Under the pieces are notes generated by a model, which was given only the letters and a program-made list of their open reading frames with translations, was not told where the DNA came from and did no database searches. Both the position numbers and the translations under genes were made by a program. DNA of 64,000 nucleotides from Candidatus Eiseniibacteriota bacterium (lineage in GTDB: Bacteria; Eisenbacteria; RBG-16-71-46). Positions 19,363 to 27,465 of this stretch are shown here, one piece after another (within the stretch, counting starts at the first letter, position 1; every line of letters begins with the position of its first letter). The stretch lies in assembly GCA_963707915.1 (NCBI GenBank), contig OY970178.1, forward strand, positions 2,912,001 through 2,976,000. Direction: 5' to 3'.

Positions 19363-19995
19363 ATGACCGGCCTGTTCGTGACGTTCGAGGGGGGCGAGGG
19401 CTCGGGCAAGTCCACGCAGCTCGCCCGCCTCGCCGCCCGCCTGCGCGCACGCGGCATCGAGCCGGTCGTCGCGCGCGAGCCCGGCGGCACGCCGCTCGCG
19501 GAGCGCATCCGCGAGTTGCTGCTCGATCCCGCCCGTCGTCCCGGCGCGGTCTCCGAGGTCCTGCTCATGGAGGCCGCGCGCGCCGACCTGGTCGCGAACC
19601 TCGTGCGCCCGGCGCTGGCGGCCGGCCGCGTCGTCCTCTGCGACCGTTACGACGACTCGACGCTCGCCTACCAGGGCGCCGGCCGCGGGCTCGACCCCGG
19701 CCTGCTCGCGACCTTGAACGAGGTGGCCACGGACGGGCTGGTGCCCGCCCTCACGCTGCTCTACGACGTGCCGACGGGAGTGGGGCTCGCGCGCCGGGAG
19801 AACGCGGCGGGCGGGACCAACCGGCTGGACCGCGAGCCCGAGGACTTCCACCACCGCGTGCGCCGCCGCTTCCTCGAGCTGGCGGCGGCGGAGCCGGAGC
19901 GCTGGGTGGTGCTCGACGCCACGGCCACGCCCGAGGAGTTGGAACGGCTCGGCTGGGCGGCGCTCGAGGAGCGGCTGACCGCGGCGGGCCGCTGA
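19363..19995 (+). CDS. tmk: Thymidylate kinase
   Basis: FVTFEGGEGSGKST, REPGGT, CDRYDDSTLAYQG. Confidence 0.95.
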   Translation: MTGLFVTFEGGEGSGKSTQLARLAARLRARGIEPVVAREPGGTPLAERIRELLLDPARRPGAVSEVLLMEAARADLVANLVRPALAAGRVVLCDRYDDSTLAYQGAGRGLDPGLLATLNEVATDGLVPALTLLYDVPTGVGLARRENAAGGTNRLDREPEDFHHRVRRRFLELAAAEPERWVVLDATATPEELERLGWAALEERLTAAGR

Positions 19996-20000
19996 GGTCG

Positions 20001-20030
20001 CCGGGCGTGGCCGGGCGTGGCCGGGCGGGG
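20001..20030 (+). repeat. Three tandem 10-bp direct repeats (CCGGGCGTGG x2, CCGGGCGGGG)
   Basis: Read directly; followed by TG-C-TATATT (20038-20046). Confidence 0.8.
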
Positions 20031-20131
20031 ATCGCGATGCTATATTCGGTCGTTCGCAGGCCGTTCCTGAACATCCCCTGCGCCATCCCGGCCCGCTCGA
20101 GACACCGGCCGGCGCACTCGAAGGACGTGCC

Positions 20132-21754
20132 GTGATCCGACGCCGCCTCGTCATCGCCATCCTCCTCGTTGTCCTCTTCGCCATCGGCTGGTGGAGCGGA
20201 CGGGTCGCTTCGCGCGACCTGTACGCGGACCTCGACCTGTTCGTCGAGGTGCTGCACAAGGTCGAGGCGAACTACGTGGACCCGGTGGACCCGCGGTCCC
20301 TGATGGATGGCGCCATCAAGGGGATGCTGCGGCAGCTCGACCCGCACTCGCAGTACCTCGACGAGAAGGCCTACGCCGAACTGCTGAGCATGACCGAGGG
20401 CACGTTCGGGGGCATCGGCGTCGAGGTGAACGTGCGCGACGGGTATCCCACCGTGATCGCCCCGATCGAGGGCACACCCGCCTGGGAGGCCGGCCTGCGC
20501 TCGGGCGACGTCATCGTCCAGATCGACGGCAAGTCCACCTACGGGCTGACCGTCACGGACGCCGCCGACCGGCTGCGCGGCCCCGACGGGAGCGAGGTCC
20601 GCGTCAAGGTGAGCCGGGAGGGCGAGGAGGAGGAGCCCGAGGTCACGCTCGTCCGCCGCGTCATCGAGCGCAAGGCGGTCCCCTACGCCTTCGTGGCGCC
20701 GGACAGCATCGGCTACCTGAGGATCACGGCCTTCTCGGAGCGCACCGCCGAGGAGACGCGCACCATGATCGCCCGCCTGGAGACCGAGGGGGCGAAGAGC
20801 CTGGTGCTGGACCTGCGGATGAACCCCGGCGGCCTGCTCGACCAGGCGGTGGGGGTGTCCGAGGCGCTGCTGCCGCGCGGGACGATGGTGGTCTACACGC
20901 ACGGCCGCACCCGCAGCGAAGACAGCCGCTACTACGCGGACGAGCCGCGGCCGAACCTGCGCTGGCCGGTGGTCGTGCTGGTGGATGGCGGCAGTGCCTC
21001 GGCCTCCGAGATCGTGGCCGGGGCGCTCCAGGACCTGGACCGGGCGCTGCTGGTGGGCAGCACGACCTTCGGCAAGGGATCGGTGCAGCGGCTCTTCCCG
21101 CTGCCCGACGAGAAGGCCGCGCTCAAGCTCACCACCGCGCTCTACTACACGCCGAGCGGCCGCTCGATCGACCGCGCCGTCCGCGATTCGTCCCTGGACG
21201 AGGAGGACGCGGGGGACGGCCCGGCCCCGCCGTCCGCGCCCGACACCACGCCCCCACCGCGGTTCCGCACGCGGTCCGGCCGCATCGTGTACGGCGGCGG
21301 CGGCATCGCGCCCGACGTGGTCGTCGCGCCGGACACGCTCGCCGGTCTGCCGCGCCGGGTCGAGGCGCGCAACCTCGCCTTCCGCTTCGCCAACCGCTGG
21401 CTCAACCTGCACCCCCAGCCGCAGCCCGACGCGAGCGCGCCGGTACCCTGGACGGAATTCCTCGACTGGCTGCGCGAGGAGAAGGTGGAGTTCACGGCGG
21501 CCGAGGCGGCGTCCGGGCGCGCCGTGCTGGAGCGCGCGGTGCGCCGCGAGATGGCGCGCCGGATGCTGGGCGCCGGTGCTGCGGCGCGCGTGGCGCTCGA
21601 GGGCGACCCGGTGTGGGCGCGGGCCTGCGCGGTGCTGGCCCGGGCGCGCGAGCCGCGCGACGTGTTCGCCGCGGCGGCGCCGGCGGCGCCGAAGGCGGCG
21701 GCTTCGCGCCGGGCGCCGGCGAAGCCGGCGGCGCACCGGGCCGTGGCGCGCTGA
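20132..21754 (+). CDS. ctpA: Carboxyl-terminal processing protease (S41, CtpA/Prc family)
   Basis: N-terminal hydrophobic segment; LDPHS, PDZ (FGGIG), LDLRMNPGGLL, SASASEI, TFGKGSVQ, YYTPSGRSI. Confidence 0.92.
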   Translation: MIRRRLVIAILLVVLFAIGWWSGRVASRDLYADLDLFVEVLHKVEANYVDPVDPRSLMDGAIKGMLRQLDPHSQYLDEKAYAELLSMTEGTFGGIGVEVNVRDGYPTVIAPIEGTPAWEAGLRSGDVIVQIDGKSTYGLTVTDAADRLRGPDGSEVRVKVSREGEEEEPEVTLVRRVIERKAVPYAFVAPDSIGYLRITAFSERTAEETRTMIARLETEGAKSLVLDLRMNPGGLLDQAVGVSEALLPRGTMVVYTHGRTRSEDSRYYADEPRPNLRWPVVVLVDGGSASASEIVAGALQDLDRALLVGSTTFGKGSVQRLFPLPDEKAALKLTTALYYTPSGRSIDRAVRDSSLDEEDAGDGPAPPSAPDTTPPPRFRTRSGRIVYGGGGIAPDVVVAPDTLAGLPRRVEARNLAFRFANRWLNLHPQPQPDASAPVPWTEFLDWLREEKVEFTAAEAASGRAVLERAVRREMARRMLGAGAAARVALEGDPVWARACAVLARAREPRDVFAAAAPAAPKAAASRRAPAKPAAHRAVAR

Positions 21755-21755
21755 G

Positions 21756-22409
21756 ATGGCGCGTGCCTTCCTCTGCGACTTCGACGGCACCATCTCCCCG
21801 ACCGACATCGGCGCGGCCTTCGCCCGCGCCTTCTCGCCGGGGGGCGCGGCCGAGCACGACGACCTCATCGGCCCCTGGGCGAGCGGCGAGATCGGGCACC
21901 GCGAGCTGACCGCGCTGCAGTGCCGGCTGATCCGGGCGACGGCCGCGGAGGCGCTGGCCTACACGCGCGGCTTCGCGCTGGACCCGCACTTCGCGCCCTT
22001 CGTGGACGAGGCACGGGCGCGCGGCGATCAGGTGATGGTGGTGAGCGAGGGCTTCGACTTCTACCTCGCCGACCAGTTGGCGCGCGCCGGGCTGCAGGAC
22101 GTGCCCTTCGCCGCGAACCGCCTGCGCTTCGAGCCGGACCGCGTGGTCCCGGAGTTCCCGTGGAGTGCCGACGGCTGCGGGCGCTGTGGCAACTGCAAGG
22201 GGCAGCACGTGCGCGCCTGGCGCGCCCGGGGCTTCGAGACGGTGCTGGTGGGGGACGGGTTCTCGGACCGCTGCGGGGCCCGCGAGGCGGACCGGGTGGT
22301 CGCGCGCGGCGACCTGCTCGAGTGGTGCGCCCGCGAGGGCATCGCCGCCGTCCCGTTCCGCGACTTCGCCGACGTGGCCACGATCGCCCGGGAATGGGCG
22401 CGACCGTGA
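21756..22409 (+). CDS. HAD-IB phosphatase, MtnX-like
   Basis: CDFDGTI motif I, VVSEG, CGRCGNCK, VGDGFSD. Confidence 0.8.
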   Translation: MARAFLCDFDGTISPTDIGAAFARAFSPGGAAEHDDLIGPWASGEIGHRELTALQCRLIRATAAEALAYTRGFALDPHFAPFVDEARARGDQVMVVSEGFDFYLADQLARAGLQDVPFAANRLRFEPDRVVPEFPWSADGCGRCGNCKGQHVRAWRARGFETVLVGDGFSDRCGAREADRVVARGDLLEWCAREGIAAVPFRDFADVATIAREWARP

Positions 22410-22415
22410 TCGCGT

Positions 22416-22601
22416 GCCGGGCGAGGCAGGGGACCCAGGGCCCTCCGCGAGGACGCTGCGCGCCGCCACCGCCCGCCCCGCGCCGCGGGTCGGGCTTTCC
22501 GTGGCGGTGCTCGCTCCCCGGCAATTCCCCGCCCGCCACATCCTGTGGCGGCCGGGGCCGGGACCCTCGCTGTGGGCCCTGGGTCCCCTGCCCCGCCCGG
22601 C
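22416..22601. other. Structured intergenic element bounded by 28-bp inverted repeats (candidate ncRNA or MITE)
   Basis: Arms 22416-22443 and 22574-22601 are complementary with one mismatch; two internal hairpins. Confidence 0.55.
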
Positions 22602-22659
22602 CGCCGTTCCACCCGGCACCGGGCAGCGCGGGCTGACGGCAAGCGTTACACTGGGCCCC

Positions 22660-23727
22660 ATGCGCATCGGCGACATCCTCTTCGACTCCCCGTTCCTGCT
22701 GGCCCCGCTCGCCGGGGTGAGCGACTCGCCGTTCCGCCGGCTGGTGCGCGAGCAGGGCGCCTCCGGGGTCGTGAGCGAGATGGTCTCGGCCGACGGGCTG
22801 GTCCGCGGGCAGCGGGCCACGCTCGAGTACCTGCGCTTCGAGGCGGTGGAGCGTCCCATCGGCCTGCAGATCTTCGGCGCGGACCCCGCCGTGATGGCGG
22901 ACGCGGCGCGCGTGGTGTGCGCGCTGCCCACCGCCGAGCGCCCCGACTGGATCGACGTCAACATGGGCTGCCCGGTGCGCAAGGTGGTGAACCGCCGGGC
23001 CGGCGCCGCCCTGCTCACCGACCTGCCGCTGCTCTCGGAGATCGTGCGGCGCATGGCGGAGGCGAGCACGCTGCCGGTCACCGCCAAGACCCGCCTCGGC
23101 TGGGACGGGAGCTCGTCGAACGTGGCCGAGGTGACGCGGGCGCTCGAGGGCGCCGGTGCGCAGGCCGTGGCGATCCACGCCCGCACCCGCGCCGAGAAGT
23201 TCGGGGGCGAGGCGCGCTGGGAGCTGATCGGCGAGGCGAAGCGGGCGGTGGGCATCCCGGTCATCGGCAACGGCGACGTGCGCACGCCGGACGACGCGAT
23301 GCGGATGCTCGAGACCACCGGCTGCGACGGCGTGATGATCGGGCGCGCGGCGTTCGGGGACCCATGGCTCTTCCGGCGGGTGCGCGCGTTCTGGGAGAAC
23401 GGGGAGCGGCTGCCGCCGGCCACCGCCGCCGAGCGGATCGGGGTGGGCCTGCGGCACCTGCGCCTGCTGGTCGAGTGGGCCGGCCCCGACGCCGCCACCC
23501 GCGAGATGCGCAAGCACGTGGCCTGGTACGTCAAGGGGCTGCCGCACAGCTCGCGCGTGCGCGAGCAGGTCAACCGCACCCGCACGGCGGACGAGCTGGC
23601 GGCGCTGCTGCGCGCCTATCTCGACGAACTCGAGTGCGGCGGAGCGAAGGCGCTCCCCGCGAGCGCGCCGCCCGCCGCCGCCGCGGACGATGCCATCCGT
23701 CCGGAGGCCCCGCATGCGGCCCGCTGA
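22660..23727 (+). CDS. dusB: tRNA-dihydrouridine synthase B
   Basis: LAPLAGVSD, QIFG, IDVNMGCP, IHARTR, IGNGDV, GVMIGR, RKHVAWY. Confidence 0.93.
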   Translation: MRIGDILFDSPFLLAPLAGVSDSPFRRLVREQGASGVVSEMVSADGLVRGQRATLEYLRFEAVERPIGLQIFGADPAVMADAARVVCALPTAERPDWIDVNMGCPVRKVVNRRAGAALLTDLPLLSEIVRRMAEASTLPVTAKTRLGWDGSSSNVAEVTRALEGAGAQAVAIHARTRAEKFGGEARWELIGEAKRAVGIPVIGNGDVRTPDDAMRMLETTGCDGVMIGRAAFGDPWLFRRVRAFWENGERLPPATAAERIGVGLRHLRLLVEWAGPDAATREMRKHVAWYVKGLPHSSRVREQVNRTRTADELAALLRAYLDELECGGAKALPASAPPAAAADDAIRPEAPHAAR

Positions 23728-24487
23728 GCTGAAGCGCCTGCTCGAGGGCGTGCGGCGCGGGCGCGTGAGCCCCGCGGAAGCGGCCCGGCGGATCGACGAG
23801 GCGCCGCTCGAGCAGCTCGCCTTCGCCACGATCGACCACCAGCGCGCGCAGCGGAGCGGCTTCCCCGAGGTCGTCTTCGGCCAGGGCAAGACGCCGGCGC
23901 AACTGGTGGCGATCGCCGGCCGCCTGCTCGCCCGGGGCGGCCCGGTGCTGGCCACCCGCGTGGACGAGGCGGGCCGGGCCGCGCTCGCCCGGGCCTTTCC
24001 GCGGGCGGTGCTGCACGAGCTGGCGCGCTGCGTGGTGCTGCCGCGCGCCGGCGCGCGGGGCGCGCGCCGGCCCCGGGCCGCCGGATCGGTACTGGTGGTC
24101 TGCGCGGGCACCGCCGACCTGCCGGTGGCCGAAGAGGCGCTGGTCACCGCCCGGGTGATGGGCAGCCGCGCCGAGTTGATCGCCGACGTGGGGGTGGCGG
24201 GACTGCACCGCCTGCTGGCGCACCGGCAGCGCCTGCGGGACGCCCGGGTGATCGTGGTGGTGGCGGGGCTCGAGGGCGCGCTGGCGAGCGTGGTGGGCGG
24301 GCTCGTGGACCGCCCAGTCATCGCGGTCCCCACCAGCGTGGGCTACGGTGCGCACTTCCGGGGCCTCGCGCCGCTGCTGGCCATGCTCAACTCCTGCGCG
24401 GCGGGGGTCACGGTGGTGAACGTGGACAACGGCTTCGGAGCGGGCTACGCGGCCCACCTGGTGAACGTGGCGGCCCGGCGGCGCTAG
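23714..24487 (+). CDS. larB: Nickel-pincer cofactor biosynthesis protein LarB
   Basis: GGAGG RBS; RSGFPEVVFGQGKT, AGTADLPVAEE, DVGVAGLHR, AGLEGAL, PTSVGYG, VVNVDNGFGAG. Confidence 0.93.
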   Translation: MRPAELKRLLEGVRRGRVSPAEAARRIDEAPLEQLAFATIDHQRAQRSGFPEVVFGQGKTPAQLVAIAGRLLARGGPVLATRVDEAGRAALARAFPRAVLHELARCVVLPRAGARGARRPRAAGSVLVVCAGTADLPVAEEALVTARVMGSRAELIADVGVAGLHRLLAHRQRLRDARVIVVVAGLEGALASVVGGLVDRPVIAVPTSVGYGAHFRGLAPLLAMLNSCAAGVTVVNVDNGFGAGYAAHLVNVAARRR

Positions 24488-24512
24488 TCCGGGCCAAGGG
24501 GAGACGGAGAGC

Positions 24513-25712
24513 ATGCGCATCGCCTGGTTCGACTGCTTCTCGGGCATCAGCGGCGACATGACGCTGGGAGCCCTGGTCTCGGCGGGCTGGCCGGCCGGGG
24601 AGCTCCAGTCGCTGCCGGCGCGGCTCGGCCTCGAAGGCGTGCGGATCGGCGTGAAGGACGTGCGCCGCGGCCCGCTGGCCGCCCTCCAGGTCGAGGTCGC
24701 GGTCGGGTCGGCGCGGCAGCCGCATCGCCACCTGCGCCACGTCGAGGAAGTGCTCGCCCGCGCGGACCTGCCGGGGGCGGTGCGCGAACGCTCGCTCGCG
24801 GTCTTCCGCCGCCTGGCTGCGGCGGAGGCCGAGGTGCACGGCACCAGCGTCGAGCAGGTCCACTTCCACGAAGTGGGCGCGGTCGACGCGTTGGTGGACG
24901 TGACCGGCGCCCTGCTCGGGCTCGACCGCCTGGGGGTCGCGCGGGTCCACGCCTCGCCCCCCCGGCTGGGGCGGGGCAGCGTGCGCTCCGAGCACGGCCT
25001 GATCCCGGTCCCGGCCCCGGCGACCGCGCTGCTGCTGCGGGGCGCGCCCGTGGAGATCGGCGAGGTGGAGGCCGAGCTCACCACCCCCACCGGCGCGGCC
25101 CTGCTCGCCACGCTGGTCGAGGACTGGGCGCCGCCGCCCGCGTTCCGGCTCGAGCGGGTGGGCACCGGCGCCGGCGCGCGCGAGCTGGCCGGCCAGCCCA
25201 ACGTGCTGCGGCTGTTCCTCGGCGAGTCCGGGGAGACGGCCGGCGCGGGGCCGTTGCGGCACCGCCGGGTGGCCGTGCTCGAGACCGCGCTGGACGACGA
25301 GAACCCCCAGTACGTGGGGGCCCTGGTCCCGCGCCTGCTGGCGGCGGGCGCGCTGGACGCTATGGTGGTGCCGAGCGTGATGAAGAAGGGCCGGCCCGGG
25401 ATGTGGCTGGTCGTCATCGCCGAGCCGGAGGGCGCGGGCGCGCTGGCGCAGCTGCTCCTGACCGAGACCACCAGCCTGGGCGTGCGGGTGCGCCACGAGG
25501 AGCGCGTGGAGCTGGAGCGCAGGGCGGAGCCGGTCGCGACCCCGTTCGGGAGCGTCCTGCTCAAGGTGGCGTCGCTGCCCGGCGGGGGCGAGCGGGCCGT
25601 GCCCGAGTTCGAGTCGGTGCGTGAAGCGGCCGAGCGCGCCGGCCGGCCGCTGCGCGAAGTGGCCGAGGCGGCGCTGGCCGCCTGGCGCGAGCAGGGCGGA
25701 GCCGGGCGGTGA
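24513..25712 (+). CDS. larC: Nickel insertase LarC
   Basis: DCFSGISGDMTLGAL, HRHLRH, VHFHEVGAVD, HGLIPVPAPAT, ELTTPTGAA, MKKGRPG, ETTSLGVR, PEFE. Confidence 0.94.
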   Translation: MRIAWFDCFSGISGDMTLGALVSAGWPAGELQSLPARLGLEGVRIGVKDVRRGPLAALQVEVAVGSARQPHRHLRHVEEVLARADLPGAVRERSLAVFRRLAAAEAEVHGTSVEQVHFHEVGAVDALVDVTGALLGLDRLGVARVHASPPRLGRGSVRSEHGLIPVPAPATALLLRGAPVEIGEVEAELTTPTGAALLATLVEDWAPPPAFRLERVGTGAGARELAGQPNVLRLFLGESGETAGAGPLRHRRVAVLETALDDENPQYVGALVPRLLAAGALDAMVVPSVMKKGRPGMWLVVIAEPEGAGALAQLLLTETTSLGVRVRHEERVELERRAEPVATPFGSVLLKVASLPGGGERAVPEFESVREAAERAGRPLREVAEAALAAWREQGGAGR

Positions 25713-27103
25713 GCCTGCTCTCGGCCCGGGACCTGTGGGTGGCCCCGCCCGCCGAGGGAACGCAGCGCGGGGGGGTCGCCGAGGCGGTCATCCGGGGGCT
25801 CTCGCTCGAGCTGGGGGCCGGCGAATGGCTGGCCGTGCGCGGGGCGAACGGCTGCGGCAAGACCAGCCTGCTCCTCGCGCTCGCGGGCCTCTGGCCGGTG
25901 CGCTCGGGCGAGGTGCGGTTCGAGGGCCGGACCTTCGGCCCCGGAACGCCGGCGGAACGGCGTGCCCGCATGGCGGTGATCCTGCAGGACCCCTCGAGCC
26001 AGCTGCTGCAGCCGACGGTGCGGGAGGAGCTGGCCTTCTCGGCCCTGAACCTGGGACACGCGCCGGACGAAGTGTCCGGCGAGGTCGCGCGCTGGAGCGA
26101 TCGGCTGGGGCTGGCCGACGACCTGGCCAGGGACCCGCAGCAGCTCTCGGCGGGGCGGCAGCAGTTGGTGCTCGTCGGGGCGGCGCTCGTCGCGCAACCG
26201 ACTTTGTTGCTGGCGGATGAGCCCGCCGCGCACTTCGACCGCGAGACCCGGCGCCGGGTGCTCGAGCTGGTGCGCGGAGAGGTGGATCGCGGGCTCTCGG
26301 TGGTCTGGGTGACGCAGGACGACGACGAACTGGCGAGTTCCGATCGCAGCCTGGACCTGGGCGCCGGCGAAACGGTGGAGATAGCTCGCAACGCGCCATT
26401 CCCGAAGACCTTGGAAGGTCCGACCGAGACGCTCCTCACGCTGCGCGTATCCCCGTGGGACGGCCGCGGCGGCCCCGCCGTGAGGACCTCCGTCGCGCTG
26501 GCGATCCCGGTATGGAAGACCGGTGTGACGGCGATCGAAGGGCCCAACGCCGTCGGCAAGAGCGTGCTGCTCGGAGCCGCGGCGGGCATCCTGGCGCTGG
26601 AGCAGGTCCGGGTGGACGGCGGGCCGGACCCAGCGTCCCCACCGATTCTCTGCTCCCAGTACCCGGAACTCGAGATCTTCGAGGAAAGGGCCAGGGACGA
26701 AGTGATTTACGCCGCTGTCAGCCGTGGGGTCGCGCCGGCGCGCGCCCTGGGGGAAGCGACCCAACTCCTCGAGCGGCTCGGGCCCGGGTCGGGCGCGATG
26801 CTCGAGCGCCACACCTGGGGACTCTCGGGCGGCGAGAAACGCCTGCTTTCGCTGGTCGCCGCGCTCGTCGCCCCGGCCTCGATGTACGTGCTGGACGAAC
26901 CTACCGCCGGGCTCGATTCCCGCCGCCGCCTCGCCCTGGCGGGGATCGTCGCGGAATGGTCCCGGCGGGCCGCCGTGCTGCTCGCCAGCCAGGACGGCGC
27001 CTGGCTGGATGGGCTCGCCGCCGGCCGTAACCGCCTGGGGGCCCGACCCGGTCAACCGCTGGAAGTCACGGCGAAAAAACGGATTGACAAGACCCTGTCG
27101 TAA
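25709..27103 (+). CDS. Fused double ABC ATPase, ECF-transporter type (divergent)
   Basis: Two Walker A (GANGCGKT, GPNAVGKS), QDP..Q..TVREE loop, LSAG/LSGG signatures, two DEP Walker B. Confidence 0.8.
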   Translation: MSLLSARDLWVAPPAEGTQRGGVAEAVIRGLSLELGAGEWLAVRGANGCGKTSLLLALAGLWPVRSGEVRFEGRTFGPGTPAERRARMAVILQDPSSQLLQPTVREELAFSALNLGHAPDEVSGEVARWSDRLGLADDLARDPQQLSAGRQQLVLVGAALVAQPTLLLADEPAAHFDRETRRRVLELVRGEVDRGLSVVWVTQDDDELASSDRSLDLGAGETVEIARNAPFPKTLEGPTETLLTLRVSPWDGRGGPAVRTSVALAIPVWKTGVTAIEGPNAVGKSVLLGAAAGILALEQVRVDGGPDPASPPILCSQYPELEIFEERARDEVIYAAVSRGVAPARALGEATQLLERLGPGSGAMLERHTWGLSGGEKRLLSLVAALVAPASMYVLDEPTAGLDSRRRLALAGIVAEWSRRAAVLLASQDGAWLDGLAAGRNRLGARPGQPLEVTAKKRIDKTLS

Positions 27104-27112
27104 GCCTAGCCT
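27084..27112 (+). promoter_or_regulatory. Strong sigma70-type promoter of the 1464-aa gene
   Basis: AAAAAA tract, then TTGACA-N17-TAGCCT; upstream context nearly identical to the HU promoter. Confidence 0.7.
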
Positions 27113-27465
27113 TTCCTTTGGCTGGGGAGGATGGTGCGTCCTTTTTGAAACCCCCAGGAGCACCTCAAGTTCCGCGGTCATGGGTGGCGCAGGAGCTGGC
27201 AGCGGTTCCGGCGCGGCCTTATGGCTCACGACGAGATCACACATAAGAATGTGCCGTACGTCACCTGAACTGCCTAAGGGCGACGTCGGCAGCGGGAAGG
27301 GGGGATTCGCACTCGACTGGCGCTGTAATCAGCCGTCGGAGCCCGGACCCATGGTCCGTGGGCGTTCCGTCGGCCGATTCGTTTCTGGCGACACCTCGCT
27401 CGCAATCCGTTCCGGAAGACTTCGCATTGCCCAAGCACTAGCATTGCGACGACGGAGGTAGTCAA

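Noticed and set aside
27270..27300. GCCTAAGGG...GGCAGCGGG resembling the 3' stem of the c-di-GMP-I riboswitch
   Set aside because: The GGCAAA...GAAA...GACGCAAA half is missing
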